From Harriotta raleighana (taxonomy: Eukaryota): a DNA stretch of 64,000 bases. Within the stretch, counting starts at the first letter, position 1. Each line of letters opens with the position of its first letter. The stretch lies in the NCBI GenBank assembly GCA_050575255.1, contig JBNZDD010013718.1:3910540-3974539 (forward strand), given 5' to 3'. Positions 1 to 13,013 of the stretch are shown piece after piece. Under the pieces are notes generated by a model. That model worked only from the letters and a program-made list of their open reading frames with translations. It made no database searches and had not been told where the DNA came from. Both the position numbers and the translations under genes were made by a program.

Positions 1-577
1 TGCAACTATTCCCGCCCCCCACCCCCCCTTCCCCCCCTCCACCAAACACTGCAAAGATCGGATTCTGGACTTGGAAACCTTTAAAAAGGTTAAGAACAAA
101 GGAATCTGTCTCAAAAGACTGTGGGGCATTTGGTGATCTGTTCATCTGGCCTCCAAGATAGGAAGAGATTGTATAGAAGGGAGCAGAAACTACAGTATTC
201 GATGGAAAGAGGGAGGGGAAGGAAGGGAGGAAACAGAATAAAAACAATTTTAATTAGAAAACGAGAGGCAAGATGTTAAAAATAAAATTCACTTTTATTC
301 TGTACCAGTCAGTACAAATGTTGCATAATTTATAAAAGTTTCAGAGGCATTTATTGTGGGATACGTATTTCAGATATATTCTAGCCTTCTAAAAGATCAC
401 AGAGCGGAAATTATTCTTAAAGCCAAGACAAAAGCATTGTGATTTTGCCCCTTTGTGGAGAGCAATGCAGCTGTCACTTTTGCACATAGGACCACCCAAA
501 AGTACAATTGTGAATTAAAAACTAAACAGCTCAATCTCTGCCAACTGGACTTCCTGCCTATTTTCTTCCATTACCAG

Positions 578-870
578 CAACAGCATCAACAAAATTTCAT
601 GCCTTTCACGTCAGGATAATATCCCAAGGTGCTGGACAGACAGTATTCTGGACCCGAGCTGGGGGTGGGGATAGGCAGAGTGGGGGAGGAAGGAGGTTGA
701 TGGAAAGCACAATCAAAAGGCCTTGAGCTAGGACTTGAAGGAGGCGAGGGATGGAATGAGGTGGAGGGGCTGAGGAGTGGAGTCTCAGAGAGTGGGAGCA
801 GAATGATTGAAGGCCTACCCATCGGCAGGTGCGTGTGTGAGTCGGATGACATAGGTCAGGCCAGAACCTG
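578..870 (-). mobile_element. L2-type LINE 3' fragment, decayed
   Basis: Reverse complement resembles the 6126-6440 copy: caac-rich tail, gcctttcacgtcagga...tcccaagg, ttgaaggaggcgaggga. Boundaries approximate. Confidence 0.7.
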
Positions 871-2964
871 CTGAGAATGTAATGGTGGAATCATAAGATA
901 TTTGCAGATGTGCTATTTTTGGGAAAAAAAATGTTTTACTATGAAATCCAAAGTTATATATATTGACTAAAATCGAATTCAATGGAGGACATGATTCCAG
1001 TTTATAATTGATGACTACAGCTTTTCTAGCTGGTCTCCTGTTTATTGTGTAACAACCTAAGTCAGCCTATTCATTGACCCAACAAGGGAAGGGAAACGTC
1101 ATTAATGGTCAAAGATAAACTAACTCAAATTGAAAGTGAACTTACCACTCTCAATATCACCATCTGAAAAATTGTGTCCACGATCTCAAGGAGTTAGTTT
1201 CTAAGCATATGGTTTCTTTAATATAATGGCAACATAGATATTTAATTACTTGAATGGCCATATAGGTTAGATTGACAACATTTCATTCATGTACCTTATT
1301 TAAAGGAGATGTGTTATATCAATTTGTTTGTGGAGGCATTTTTTCTATTACCATCAACCTACAGCACAAAAACACATCTAAATGCATTTTTACCATGCCT
1401 GTACCTGTATGTAAAATAAATTGAGCAATCTTAATATAATTCTTAGCAGCAAGGAATAAACATAAAGCTAGCCTTAATCTAGAAGCGAAACCACACACAA
1501 ATCACACACCAGGATTACTGGTGTATTCAATGGAATGCAGTGCGTCATGTTGGTGCAATGGGCAGGAGCATGTGTTCTTCTGGTGTAGATCTGAGAACCA
1601 TTTTTGGACAGAACGTTGCACTGAATCCAGTAATGCTAAACTTGGAATGCTTGATATTGTTTTAACAAAATAGTTCCATTCCCAACATCCTCATCTCGTT
1701 GAGCACAACTTTCACAAAGGGTAAAAAAAAACATACAAAACTACAATACAAGGAGCCCTTTAAATTGACATTATTTTCACAGATCCTATTTAAAATGTCT
1801 TTGCAGTTTGCAAAGTACCAGCAATCAGATCAGTAAGACCATAGTCAAAAAAAGAGATGAAAATCAATGAAAGCACCAAACCAATATTTGCATATTGATC
1901 AAAGATGAAGCCAGAGGTTATACTACCTCTAGTTCCCTATATCAAAGGTCAATCAACCATCACCATCCAAATCATATAGCAGCAGATTGAATGGAATTAC
2001 TTTTCCAGTCTCTCCGACGAATGTCTCTGCCGGACTTGCAATTCTCAGACTCCTGGCTGTGATAAACAACCATAGTTACTGCACTTGTGCAGGAGAATGA
2101 TCAAATAAAATGGAACAAAAACAAACACAGCTGGGATCTAAAATATATTTATGATCCAATAACTTTAATAATAGAGATACACATCGGAATAAAGTCATTT
2201 TCTCAAATATAAGTAAATTTAATTCATAGGCAGAATACATCCTTTTTTTTTTCCTATGGACAATGTTAACAAAGTCTCTGTCAGCTGCGTTTGTGTGGCA
2301 CGAAAGGAAGGATAGAAGGAGCTTACAAACCCTCCTCTTCAGAAAATACTGCAAAGCACTTAAAGTTGAAATACTTCCAACCACTGCGCAATATTAACTA
2401 CCTGTTGTGTTCTATCATTTTAAACTAAGTTTTCTCTCACCCTCTCTAGCTTCCCACCATGGTACGCACCATTCGGTTCATTGAAAGACTACAAGGACAA
2501 GGTCAGGCTTCCAACCAGCACTGCACTTGACCAGGCCGCTTGGAGGTTCAGGAACCCTCAATCTCTGGTTTGCACTTTGTCCCTCAAGAGACATGCCTTG
2601 CTTCTGCTCAGCAGTTCTTCCACATGCTTTGCTTTGGATTAAAAAAAACCTTGCACAGTCAAAGTGGCGAGAGTTAACCCATTTTGGTAAATACCTCGGG
2701 TCACTGAATCGAGTCCCACCAAATAGGGAAAGGAGAGGACTCTTGAATTTGCCAAGCTGCCCAATAAGTGGCTAATCCCTCATGAAGTGGAATTCTCCTG
2801 CTTCTCCTGACAAGGTGTGGAGCTGAAAGCAGGCCAGGCAGCTGCAAAAACAGCTTTGCTGTTAAAGCACAGTTTGCATAATAGAGAAGCACCACCATTT
2901 TATTAAAGGTATTTGCAGCATGTCCAAACCTGCACCTAGATCTAAAGTTTTTCATTAAAAAAAA

Positions 2965-3273
2965 AGAAAATTGCATTTATAGAGTGCCCCCTCATGTCGC
3001 GAGGATGTCCCAAAGGGCTGAACAGTCAGGGGGCATGGGGTAGGGGGGTAAAGGGGAGGGAGAGATGTGGGAGGGTGACAGAAGGCACAATCGAAAAGGA
3101 TGGTCTTGAGACCGGCCTTTGAGTAGGCAAGGGAGGAAGCGAGGTAAAGCGACTGTTGGATGGAGTTCCAGAGTGTAGGGCAGAGAGGCTGAAAGCCTGG
3201 CTACCATTGGACAAGAGACATGGAACAGACGGGAGTCCGCTGAATGGAGGCAACGGGCAGGTTGGTAGAGAGT
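2965..3273 (-). mobile_element. L2-type LINE 3' fragment
   Basis: Reverse complement aligns by eye with 6126-6440 (catttatagagtgcc...gatgtcccaaagggctgaacagtc...ggtcttgagaccggcc...tggagttccagag...ctgaaagcctgg). Confidence 0.8.
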
Positions 3274-3349
3274 CAAAAAAAAGGATTAAACCTAAAAATT
3301 TATTGCGATGGTCCAGGGAAACATTTTGAAATAACGCTACGGCAATTAT

Positions 3350-3462
3350 GTTTTGCCCACAAATATACAGTCATTTCACTTTACAGTATATTCTGTGAAG
3401 TACTTTGAGACGTCTAGAGGAAGTGAAAAGCGCTACATCAAAATGAAAGGATTATGATTATT
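3350..3462 (+). mobile_element. SINE 3' tail fragment (same family as 9347-9640)
   Basis: cactttacagtatattctgtgaag.actttgagac.tctag...gtgaaaagcgcta.atcaaa...attatgatta, a tail shared by many copies in the window. Confidence 0.8.
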
Positions 3463-4114
3463 ACGGCAATGCCATCCACTGGCAGGTTTGTGCTGAGTGA
3501 GAATAGGATTGGAAGTGTGAAATCCAAAGAGTCTAGTCAGGGAATGGAGATGCGCACACACACCCACACACACATTGTCCTGTCACAGCAGCTGGCATTT
3601 TACATTCAGGATCAGGACGTCACAATATTCTTAGAAAACCTCACTTGTGATAACATACAAACCAAACTTTCTCATGGCATCAGAGACCTTGGGAGTAAAC
3701 ATCAAAAATGGTTATCATGCAACAGCTACAGAAAAAAAATCATTATATCATGGCTGTTTGGCACTTCAATCCCTATCTGATTAAATGTGAAACAGACAGT
3801 AACTACAGAAGATCGATGTCACCACAATTGACAGCATTGGTGAAATGTTTAACAGCAAAGGCACTATGGGACTTTGATACAAAAGGTTACAATATCTCAA
3901 AAACATACTGACATTAAAATGGGACTACTGTATTGGTAAGCAACCAAATATAGTTTTCTTTAACATCCTGGGAAAGAGCAGCATTACAAAAGCTCAATAG
4001 CAAATTAATTCCAAAATACAAATAAAACATAACTTTCTATATCATGATTTTTCTATCTCTTTAGAAACACACTAAAGAGTGTTTTTGAATCCTATTCAAT
4101 TTCATAATACTGTA

Positions 4115-5084
4115 CAGTTAACCCTTGTCGATTGCGGGGGTTACATTCCTGGAAAACTGTGCATCAACAAAATTACATTGGAGAAGCTTAAGAAGCAATG
4201 GGAAAAGAGGAGTTAGGGGAATCTAATCATAGGCTACCCACCTCAAGCCTCCAAGCACATCCAATGCAAGGTATCTACTGAGGTGAGCTACAGCTGGCTG
4301 GCCCACTCCTCGCTCCGCCCGCCTCTCCCCGCTCTTGTTGCTCCCCCTCTTTCACCACCACTCTTCCTGCTCTCATCTCTTCTACCACCCGGGAAGTGGG
4401 CAAATCAGAGCAGCCCGTGAGGGAGGCAGAGAGAAATCGGGGAGAGCGGTGGGTAGGCGGGGAGGAGGGAACAGAGAGCCGCTCGGAGGCAGGGAGGACT
4501 TGGGAAGATGGGGGACAGAGAGCCGATTGGGGGCGGGGGGCGGACTCGCGGAGGTAGGGGGCAAAGAACCGCTCAGGGGCCGGCGGGGGACAGAGTGCTG
4601 CAGGCGGTTGGGACGGGAGACGCAGAAAGGTTATGTTATCTCTTTATTGCTATAATAAAGTGATAACAAAGCAGTAAAGCAATAAAAAAAGCAATAAAAC
4701 AACAGGGTAGATTAGGATACATTACTGTACGATCCTGTCTCTCTTTCTGTCTCTTCTGTTTACCATGCAATTATACAATAATACAGCGTTATTGTATTTA
4801 CCCAGGAATGCACTGTGCACAGCGCCAGCCAGCCGAGGAATCATCAGCTTTAGTCGGGATCTGCCGGCCTCGTCAAAAATGCGCATGCAAACGGGACCAG
4901 CCACCCAAGGGATCATCGGATTTAGTCGGGAGCTATCGGAGTCTTCACCCGTGAGCATGCACGCAGGGGCCAGCCAGTGCATATACACAAGTTTTACGCG
5001 TGCTGCACAAAAATTGATGCTTTTGTTTCGTCGCTTATACTTCAATTCGCAATCGATAAAGTCGCTTTCGACGACGGTTAACTG
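4115..5084. mobile_element. Non-autonomous Tc1/mariner (Tigger/pogo-like) DNA transposon, ~970 bp
   Basis: TA|CAGTTAACCCTTGTCGATTGCG ... CGCTTTCGACGACGGTTAACTG|TA imperfect TIRs with TA duplication. GC/CpG-rich interior, no transposase ORF. Confidence 0.85.
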
Positions 5085-5706
5085 TAGTGCCTAACCTCAA
5101 AATTTTCCCATTGATCCTCTCTGTAACTTCTCAACGTAGAATTAATCATTAAGGTGCCAGAATATATTGTCCATTTAAGTGCTTCTAAATTATCACAATT
5201 TAACACAATTGTACAGTATTCACCATCAAGACAGTAAATAGTAAACTATATAATTCTTTAAGAATTGCATCAAAAACTGGCTGTAATGTCTCAAAAGTTA
5301 GATGTGGCAGAGATTGACAAGAATGAAGACAGCAACGTACTCAGAAAATGAAAGTTCACTCGGATTTTCAAATGAAACAGAACTAGTTTGGGATGCAAAA
5401 GGGTGAATGGAAAAAGAAGAGATGACATAGAAAAAGAATCCGTATAAAATACAAAATATACATTATAGTGCTGAAGGACCTTATTATCTCTAGATATATT
5501 ACATTTAACTTGTGTGCAGATTGGACACGTTCAACGTAGAATATTGCACACCTTTCCGCTGGTATAGAGTCACTTTTAAACTGGCTGTTTTAGATGGTGC
5601 CACAAAAGACACTACGTTCTAAACTGGGCAATTGTAGATGGGAACTCTTTGAAGTGATATTTTCCCCATCCCACTGGAAGCAGTAGCGATTCATCTGGCA
5701 AGCAAG

Positions 5707-5775
5707 CTATGAATTGCTTTTCTTCTTCCTAAGAGGGCTGATCCCATTACTCGGTTTCAGTTCAGTGTATTGCAC
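5707..5775 (-). CDS. MCTP2: MCTP2 terminal coding exon with stop codon; 3' UTR continues to lower coordinates
   Basis: 69 bp, taacag| acceptor. Encodes VQYTELKPSNGISPLRKKKSNS*, with TAG at 5707-5709; SPLRKK is the MCTP2-type tail. Confidence 0.94.
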   Translation of the reverse strand: MQYTELKPSNGISPLRKKKSNS

Positions 5776-6125
5776 CTGTTAAAACAAACAGACATAATGT
5801 TCCAGTTAGGTATCCCCAGTACTGTACATGCTAATGGCTCCCAGAGGAGAACAGAAAAGAAAACTCAGGAAGGTTCAAAGGTAATGAATCAGTTTTAGGA
5901 CAGAGAAACACAGGCTATTAATTGCAAAAAGGAAGACAGCGAACCTGCCTTTAGCTGGATTATAGAAACAGATCTAACTTGGATGGGCTGTTATACCTCC
6001 TACCTGTACTTGATATGCCCATAATAGGTAAATAAATCTGTAAATCATAAGTAAGCTGCATTGGCAATTTAGTAAGTTAAATAATAAAGAAAAAATGTGG
6101 TATCAGTTCCCTCTTTATTGATCTG

Positions 6126-6440
6126 CTCCACATCCCCTGTCCTAACCATCCTACCATTGGCGGTCGGGCTTTCAGCCGCTCAGCCCCTAGGCTTTGGAAC
6201 TCCATCACCCAGTGCCTTCGCCTCGCTTCCTCCCTTTCCTCTTTCAAGGCCGGTTTCAAGACCTTTCTCTTCGACCGTGCCTTCAACTCCCCTCTCGAGT
6301 CTCTACCCCCTCCTTGCTCCCACCCTCCCCCCCCCCCCGAACATTTCCCCCTGCTCGGGTCCTAAACCAACTGTCCAGGGCCTTGGGACTCCTGACGTGA
6401 AACGCGCTCTATAAATGTAATTTTGTTGTTGTTGTTGTTG
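6126..6440 (+). mobile_element. 5'-truncated L2-type LINE with 10-bp target-site duplication
   Basis: One frame reads ...GGRAFSRSAPRLWNSITQCLRLASSLSSFKAGFKTFLFDRAF, typical of the L2 ORF2 C-terminus. (GTT)n tail. tattgatctg flanks it at 6116-6125 and 6441-6450. Confidence 0.9.
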
Positions 6441-8085
6441 TATTGATCTGTATTCCCTTCTACAGTTTATCAATCTGTATTCTCCCTACCTGTCCTGATT
6501 CCAGTTTTTCCCCTCAAAATTTGTTGGCTTAGGTTCACTGAAAAAATGTCTTTGACAATCCTTTGATACAGGGAACTGTGCACAAAAGCAATTGTATAAA
6601 ACTCAGCTACAAAACTATACAGATGAAAACTATTGCTCAAAACTACTCACTGGTAGTTTGCATATCAAATTACATAAAAAGTGCCTGCATTTTCCTCTGG
6701 ATGCAAGGTTAGCCCTAGCCAATCCCAAATGTCAATGCTTCAATAAAAATCTGGTCGCTGGCACTCTACTTCTACAAACCAGAATTTCAATCACAGCTGA
6801 ACACATACGCCACAGTTTGGCTAACATATGTATGCAGACTAGTCAGCAATGAAGATACCAATTGATCACATTTAACAATGGGTTAAATGCATCACAGGTT
6901 TCAATTTTCATCCTTTTTTTTAGAAATATGTTTGTACACAATGGAAACACAACATACAAAAAAACGCAATTGTGTTTTATATCCAAACACGCATGAAAGA
7001 AAGTATAAGAGTAAAATGCACACACTGTACAATTGGACTGGTAAAGTCTTCCCTCTGCTCAGTTCCACAATTTAGATATAATTAAAATAATTCTGTCAAT
7101 CGCAGGGGATAAAAGTTATGTTTGCTTCCAATAAGCACACAGGGCAATGAAGTTTCTCTCTGCTACAAACAGAGTTGCCAACAACTGGAGTTTTCCACTT
7201 TATTTATTCACATGCAAAAATCTGAAAATTCTGATGAAAAGTCTTTGACCAGTTTATTAAACTAATGTCGCCTTGTGTAATAAACAACTTCCATCCATCT
7301 TTGTCAATGTTTGCAAAACATTCTATATTTCCCCAGTTTTCAGCTGCAGCATAGTGCATTGATTTGTCTTTTGGAATCGTTGTCAATGGGTTTTAAAGCA
7401 GCCAACCTTCAGGTTAAGCATTAAAGGCGGTGAATTTTCAATCCAAAATAAAACCACAGCACAATCAATACTTTTCCTCCTCCTCGAAGTTTCCTACCCG
7501 TTCTCGCTATCACTCTGTTGCCTTGTTCAATGTCTATCCTGTTGTTTTGTGCCTTCAGTAAAGATTTTGATGAATCTTCTTAGAAGGCAGAGCTAACATG
7601 CCCTCCTTAGGTTCTTCCATTCGAGGTTATAGATTGATTTGACTCATGGTTGGAATGGTGTTGTTTCCTAATAATATTCCATGACTGGTGAAAGGAAGAA
7701 GTGGCAACACTGAACAGAGACATTAAACTGGGTTGGAGGGGAAGGATCACAGAGAATCTTCCCCATTACTAAAGCTTCCTGAAAACATGACTGAGCAGAG
7801 GCATATTGACCGCTCCAGTAATGTCACATAAGGCAGCTCAAAAGCACTGAGATTTCATTCTTTAAAAAGATATGTGCCTTAATATGCCAGCTGCACCTGC
7901 AATATTATAGCAGTAAGGTTATTCAGCAGTGACTAAACTCTATTTATATAGTGATTACTAAACTGCATGCATTGCTTTAAAAACAAGGGTGGAGACAGAC
8001 AATATACCCATACATCCACATCCACTTGAAGACTTTTCAAAATTAAAAAAAAACTTAGCACGCTATATATTTCTATCACCCTCAC

Positions 8086-8183
8086 CTTTTGGATGTCTGA
8101 TGGAACTCTTGAGATGAAGTCAAGCAACTCATTATTTTCGATGGTGTAGGGATTTCTTAGCTTCTTAGTGAATTTGTGCATGC
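8086..8183 (-). CDS. MCTP2: MCTP2 penultimate coding exon
   Basis: 98 bp, tgacag| and |gtgagg. Encodes (G)[32 protein letters not shown], seen inside ORF 7933..8208. Confidence 0.96.
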
Positions 8184-9346
8184 CTGTCAACAGAATTTTT
8201 TTTAACATTCACCAAGACAGAAGGAACAGTTTTGCAAGTGAAAATTAGTGAGAAAACAATTACAAAGCTGTAGTCACACGTGCACATCAGCCTTCAAGTT
8301 TCAACCTTATTACCACTCTCTGTTCTGTCATCTGGGTTCATTAACAAATACACCCCTTTACAAAATCTAATTTTCTTCAATTGCGAAATCCATTACAAAA
8401 GCAGCAGCAGAAGAGCCCTCACCTCTCCCGTAAGATAAGATTAGTGTTTGGCTTCCGCATTTCAAATCAATGTTTATTAGCAGCACATTTCCACTACACG
8501 CTCTTAACCACTACACAATACTCTAGTGGATTTTGTCATCTCCTGACCTCAGCATGTTTGGTCCTGCTGTATTCACACTGAAAAAGTAAACGAGGGTGTG
8601 TGTGTGTTTTTGTAAATATAAAAAGAGAAGAAAACATCTGTTGATCTTCTTAAATATTAATAGGTTACAATTGAAACGAGTCTTGACAAGCTGGAGGTTC
8701 CTGCAATATTGCAAAAGTGTTTTGTCCAAATAAGAAATGAGTGACAGACAACACGAGGTGTCACCTAGCAGACTACAACTACTGTATCGTTGTGGAAGAT
8801 GAGGGAAACATTACACTAATTTACAATGTAATACAGTATATATATACATATATTATATACTGTATGCAATATGTTTAATTGTTTTCAGTGTTCCACCAAA
8901 TATAGCTATAATGCTATATGTGTAGGAACAGAACCAGAAAGTTAGTTGCTTTTTCCTTTTCCAAGCACCTCAATAACCCTGATCATTAATGGGCCGTGGG
9001 TTTATTTCAGGCATGTTTGGAGGATATTAAGGACTTTTTGGAATAAGCTTTCATTTCCAACCATACATAAATGTGCAGCAATGAATTCAGGAGCCATGTT
9101 TCTAACAATTGCTGCTCCTAGTCGCATTACTTGATTAATCTGCTCAAGGCTGGAAGAAAAATACATCTGTCTGAATGGGTTGAGATCAAATCTGCACAAA
9201 CATTCAGATTTTGTATTTGACAGTGTTCTTTGGTAAGCTATAAAAGGATTCACCACAATCACAACCCTGCCCAACTACGTCTATACGTGTGAGAATGAAA
9301 AATCCACTGATATCAACTGAAACTTTCCTTGTGTAGAAGACATTTA

Positions 9347-9640
9347 GCTGTAGCTCAGTGGTTAGAGTACTCTCCTTACAAGTGAGAGACTTGGATTCAA
9401 TTTTGGGCAGGGTGAAACTTTTAGGCACGTTTCCTTACTCCACAAATCTAACAATATTCTCTCAAAAAAACACAATAATAATTTGGATATTTCAATCCAC
9501 GACTATTTGTCAGTCACTGCTGTGCGCAATTGGCTGCCTTGTTTCACCCACAAATTATACATTCAATTCACTACAGTATATTCTGTGAAGCGCTTTGGGA
9601 CATCTAGAAGACATGAAAAGCGTTATATGAAACGCAAGTG
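9347..9640 (+). mobile_element. Near full-length tRNA-derived SINE with L2-like 3' tail
   Basis: A-box-like tagctcagtggttagag and B-box-like ggattcaatt head, then gctgtgcgcaattggctgcc core and the ctgtgaagcgctttggga...gaaaagcgttatat tail. Confidence 0.8.
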
Positions 9641-10171
9641 TTAAATTACTGACAGGGAAATGAAAGATCATCTTTGATAGAATTATGACGCATGTAGCAA
9701 TCTGAAAAAGCTTTAAAAGTATTGGCATTGCCTGCATCACACAGTCATATCTTCAGAATAATATAATAAAAAAACTATTACTATGGGGGGTCAAATATGT
9801 GACGATTTCGAATAGGATTTCTTAAGAAACCAAAAGTACTTAATTTCAGATCACAACAACTCTCCTTCAACGCAATCTACTTTTAGAATAAAGTTTATAT
9901 GGGTTGGCGCAATGTTTTTTCATGTTTGGAATTCCTATTCATTACCAAATCCTGCTAGAAATCGCCACAAATTAGATTCAATATTAACTCAGCAAAAGAG
10001 CTTCTGAGAGAGATCAATGTAATTGCTTGTGCAAAGCATATTCAGTGTAATTTATATAAACTTCTGTTTGTGGCCACAGCAGTTAACTCACTTGCAAACT
10101 ATTCATTGCCCTGCGCAAAGCACAAAATACGTATTATTGTTCAATTATGACTGATTCAAACACATTCTTAC

Positions 10172-10281
10172 CCCAGATCAACAGGAGGTACCTCAACGGA
10201 ACAAGATACAATACAATTGTGCAAACAGCGAGCACAAAACAGGCGAGCTTGGACAGGAAAGGTACTGACCAGATAAAGACA
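10172..10281 (-). CDS. MCTP2: MCTP2 coding exon (second hydrophobic segment, PRT_C region)
   Basis: 110 bp, ttacag| and |gtaaga. Encodes (N)VFIWSVPFLSKLACFVLAVCTIVLYLVPLRYLLLIW(G), phase 2/1, compatible with both neighbours. Confidence 0.94.
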
Positions 10282-11194
10282 CTGTAAATTAAAAAAAATC
10301 AAAATTAATTTTGCAACTAGCATTCATGTAATCTTTGTGCAGTGCTTTGATAATACAGGTTATTTCCTATGCAGATCTATTATTTTCCTTTGATTTTGGC
10401 ACAGCAAGACATGCAATTATAAAACTGGATATTTCATTAAGGAAAGTCACTCGTTTATTGCCTTTGTTGGAAATGAGAACAGAAAAGAACCTCAGCTCAC
10501 AAATAGAAGTGGTTTCCGTAAACCTTAGGAGCACCGGATTCATTCTGCAGTTTTCCCCAATGAACTGACTTTACATAATTATTGATTTGTAAGTATTATT
10601 ATGACATAGATTGAGTATTGTTCCACTAAAAGGAACACTCCAAGGAACAGCCTGTAAAAATGTATCTCAGAAACTAACCATCCTTAGAGTGTATCCTGCT
10701 AAAATTGTACTCGTTATTCATTTTTCTTTTTTTTTGCCCTCTTCAATTTTTGAATGCCCTTGTTAATTTATATCAAATTCAATTCAGGGATGCTTTAAAA
10801 TCCTTGCTTACAAAAAAATTGTTATCCCGTGTTCCTTCTGGACCACTGCTGGTGTGTTTACTTACAGTAACATTCAATATGAAATACAAGTTTATTATTT
10901 ATTTCCAAAACAGCATCCCTTTACTTGATTGTATTATTAATTTGGATTCCGTCTGCCTTGTGATACAGATGGATATAAAGGACCAACCCCTATGTCTCTA
11001 TTTCAAAGAAATACAGTGTCTTGTTCCCAGGAATCCTGACTCATACTCCAACTCATCATCCAAATATACCCTCAACTCAAGCCATTATCTCATCTCCTTG
11101 TTATGCGTGAAATTTTGCTGACCCAAGAGTAGTTGCAACATTTGCCTATGTAACAGCATTCACTTTCATTTCTAACCAGCCTTATGTCATAAAT

Positions 11195-11396
11195 AATCCC
11201 TCCAAAAAACACAATAATAAAATTGCTCATTTCAATCCACAATTGTTTGCAGGACACCGCTGTGCGCAGTTGGCTGCCGCATTTCGTCCATAAAATACAG
11301 CCAAGTCACTTTACAGTATATTCTGTGAAGAGCTTTGAGACATCTAGAAGATATGAAAAGCGCTATATCAAATGCAAGGAAATCATATTATTATTA
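11195..11396 (+). mobile_element. 5'-truncated SINE (same family as 9347-9640)
   Basis: Colinear with 9460-9640 (aaaaaacacaataataa...tttcaatccac...gctgtgcgca.ttggctgcc...tail attattattatt). Confidence 0.85.
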
Positions 11397-11420
11397 AAGC
11401 TCTCCGATGTATTTATTATA

Positions 11421-11821
11421 CAGTAAAACCTTGTTTATCCAGCACGCTCGGGGTGGGGGTCGACTAATTGACGGTGCCGGATAAACAAGGGAGAAGTCGC
11501 CGAAAACCCGACATAAAAATTTAACTTATTTTAAAACATACCATGTTAATAATACACTACATAGTAACAGAATATTGCGTGGATACTTACCAACAAAGCA
11601 TTCTAGCAGAGTTGGGAAAAAATCGGTAAAACAGAATTTTTTTACCGATCGGTAAAAAAACCTAAGTGCGTGAGTTTACTAAGTGCGCATGCACACGCAT
11701 TGCACGCATGCACAAAGTGAGCAAACTCGTGATTCTGGAATGGGGAATTTTTCCCGGGAGGGTTTCGAGCAACTGAATCGAGTCACGGTTGATCGGGCCA
11801 TGGATAAACAAGGTTTTACTG
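11421..11821. mobile_element. Tigger-like MITE, family A subtype 1 (401 bp)
   Basis: Perfect 21-bp TIRs cagtaaaaccttgtttatcca / tggataaacaaggttttactg, flanked by TA on both sides. Confidence 0.92.
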
Positions 11822-12084
11822 TACATGAAAATATTACCCACTATGTATATCTAAATGTAAGTTATTATTTTTTTCCTGCTTTTAATGTGAATGAACACGT
11901 TTTGTACCTCTGCCCTCCGCAAAATCTGTTTATTGGCTGTCGTACATCTAAAATATTGAGTTTATTATTTCTTTGCATCTATCTTTATTAGAACAATAGG
12001 TGCTAGAAACTGGACAAGAATTATACAAGACGATTTAGGAAACTGGTTAACGCCAAATGTGGGTAGGTGGAGGAAATCGCCCTT

Positions 12085-12345
12085 GGGTCCCAAGCACTGA
12101 TCACTATCTACTGATTCAAGAGAAAGGCAAGTGAATGAGAGGGAGAGAGATGGGGGAAGTGTGTGTGACTGGACATGAGGTGAAGAAAGAAACAGCTCAG
12201 CTGTGAATCCTCCCCGGTCGAATAACCTGCCAAAACTAACTCATCTTACAGTTGAAGCAATGTACTTTGGGCAATGTACCAGAGGACCGTCAGTTCCTGT
12301 GGAAACATGTCCCTGTATGAAGTAACACCTTTGGGTGGTGGGGGT
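12085..12345 (+). mobile_element. Decayed ancient SINE-like element (resembles AmnSINE2 as recalled)
   Basis: Motif order ctgatcactatc...gtgtgtgtg..ggacat..ggtga...ctgtga...ggtcgaataacctgcc...ttgggc.a.gtacc.gagg...cctgtggaa matches my recollection of that consensus. Not verified by alignment. Confidence 0.4.
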
Positions 12346-13013
12346 GGGAAAGAGGAGATAAAACATGACTAGCAATAACACCCTGTGCATATTGGGATAT
12401 TGGGCACAATGTTTGCTATACGTTGATAAATCTGACTGAAAAAAATCATCAGGTAACTAATCTTAGAAACAATAACGTTATGTCATGGTATCACAGTATA
12501 GTTTTTGCAAACAATACTAAAGAGGTAAATGGAATTGAAAATCATACCAACATTGTGCAGTCATAAAACAATAGAGAACTAAATACAGTACTGGGCAATG
12601 CAGCAAACCCATCCCAGAAGAAGAGCAAAGATACATGGATACAGCAGCAAATCATTAAGATATCATTAAGATACCATCTGGGTCACGATTGGATAGCATT
12701 AATAAACTTTTTGTTCATTGTTTATAATGAAATTTCTAGTAGGGGTGGGAGATATACAATTCTCTTTAGATGATATTTGACTATATTGGAGTGTTGGAAT
12801 TGAGTTGTGTTAACCAACAGATCTAAATGTCTGCCTGGAAAACCAGATGTCTAAATGTGAAGCATTTTTGTTCTAAACCAGCTATCTATAAAGAATTAAA
12901 AACATAAGTGATGAATTGTGAGAAGCCCTGCAATCCTAATTTCACTTGTTACTTGGTATAATTAATTATTTTATTCTCAAAGTAAAATGGGATTATATTT
13001 TATTTGTGGAGCC

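Noticed and set aside
4335-5094. ORFs of ~106-109 aa inside the 970-bp TIR element as a possible transposase
   Set aside because: No HTH or DDD/DDE motif; open frames are explained by high GC content.
9347-9420. tRNA-like sequence (tagctcagtggttagag...ggattcaatt)
   Set aside because: No intact acceptor or T stem, and it runs directly into SINE body and tail, so it is a SINE head and not a tRNA gene.
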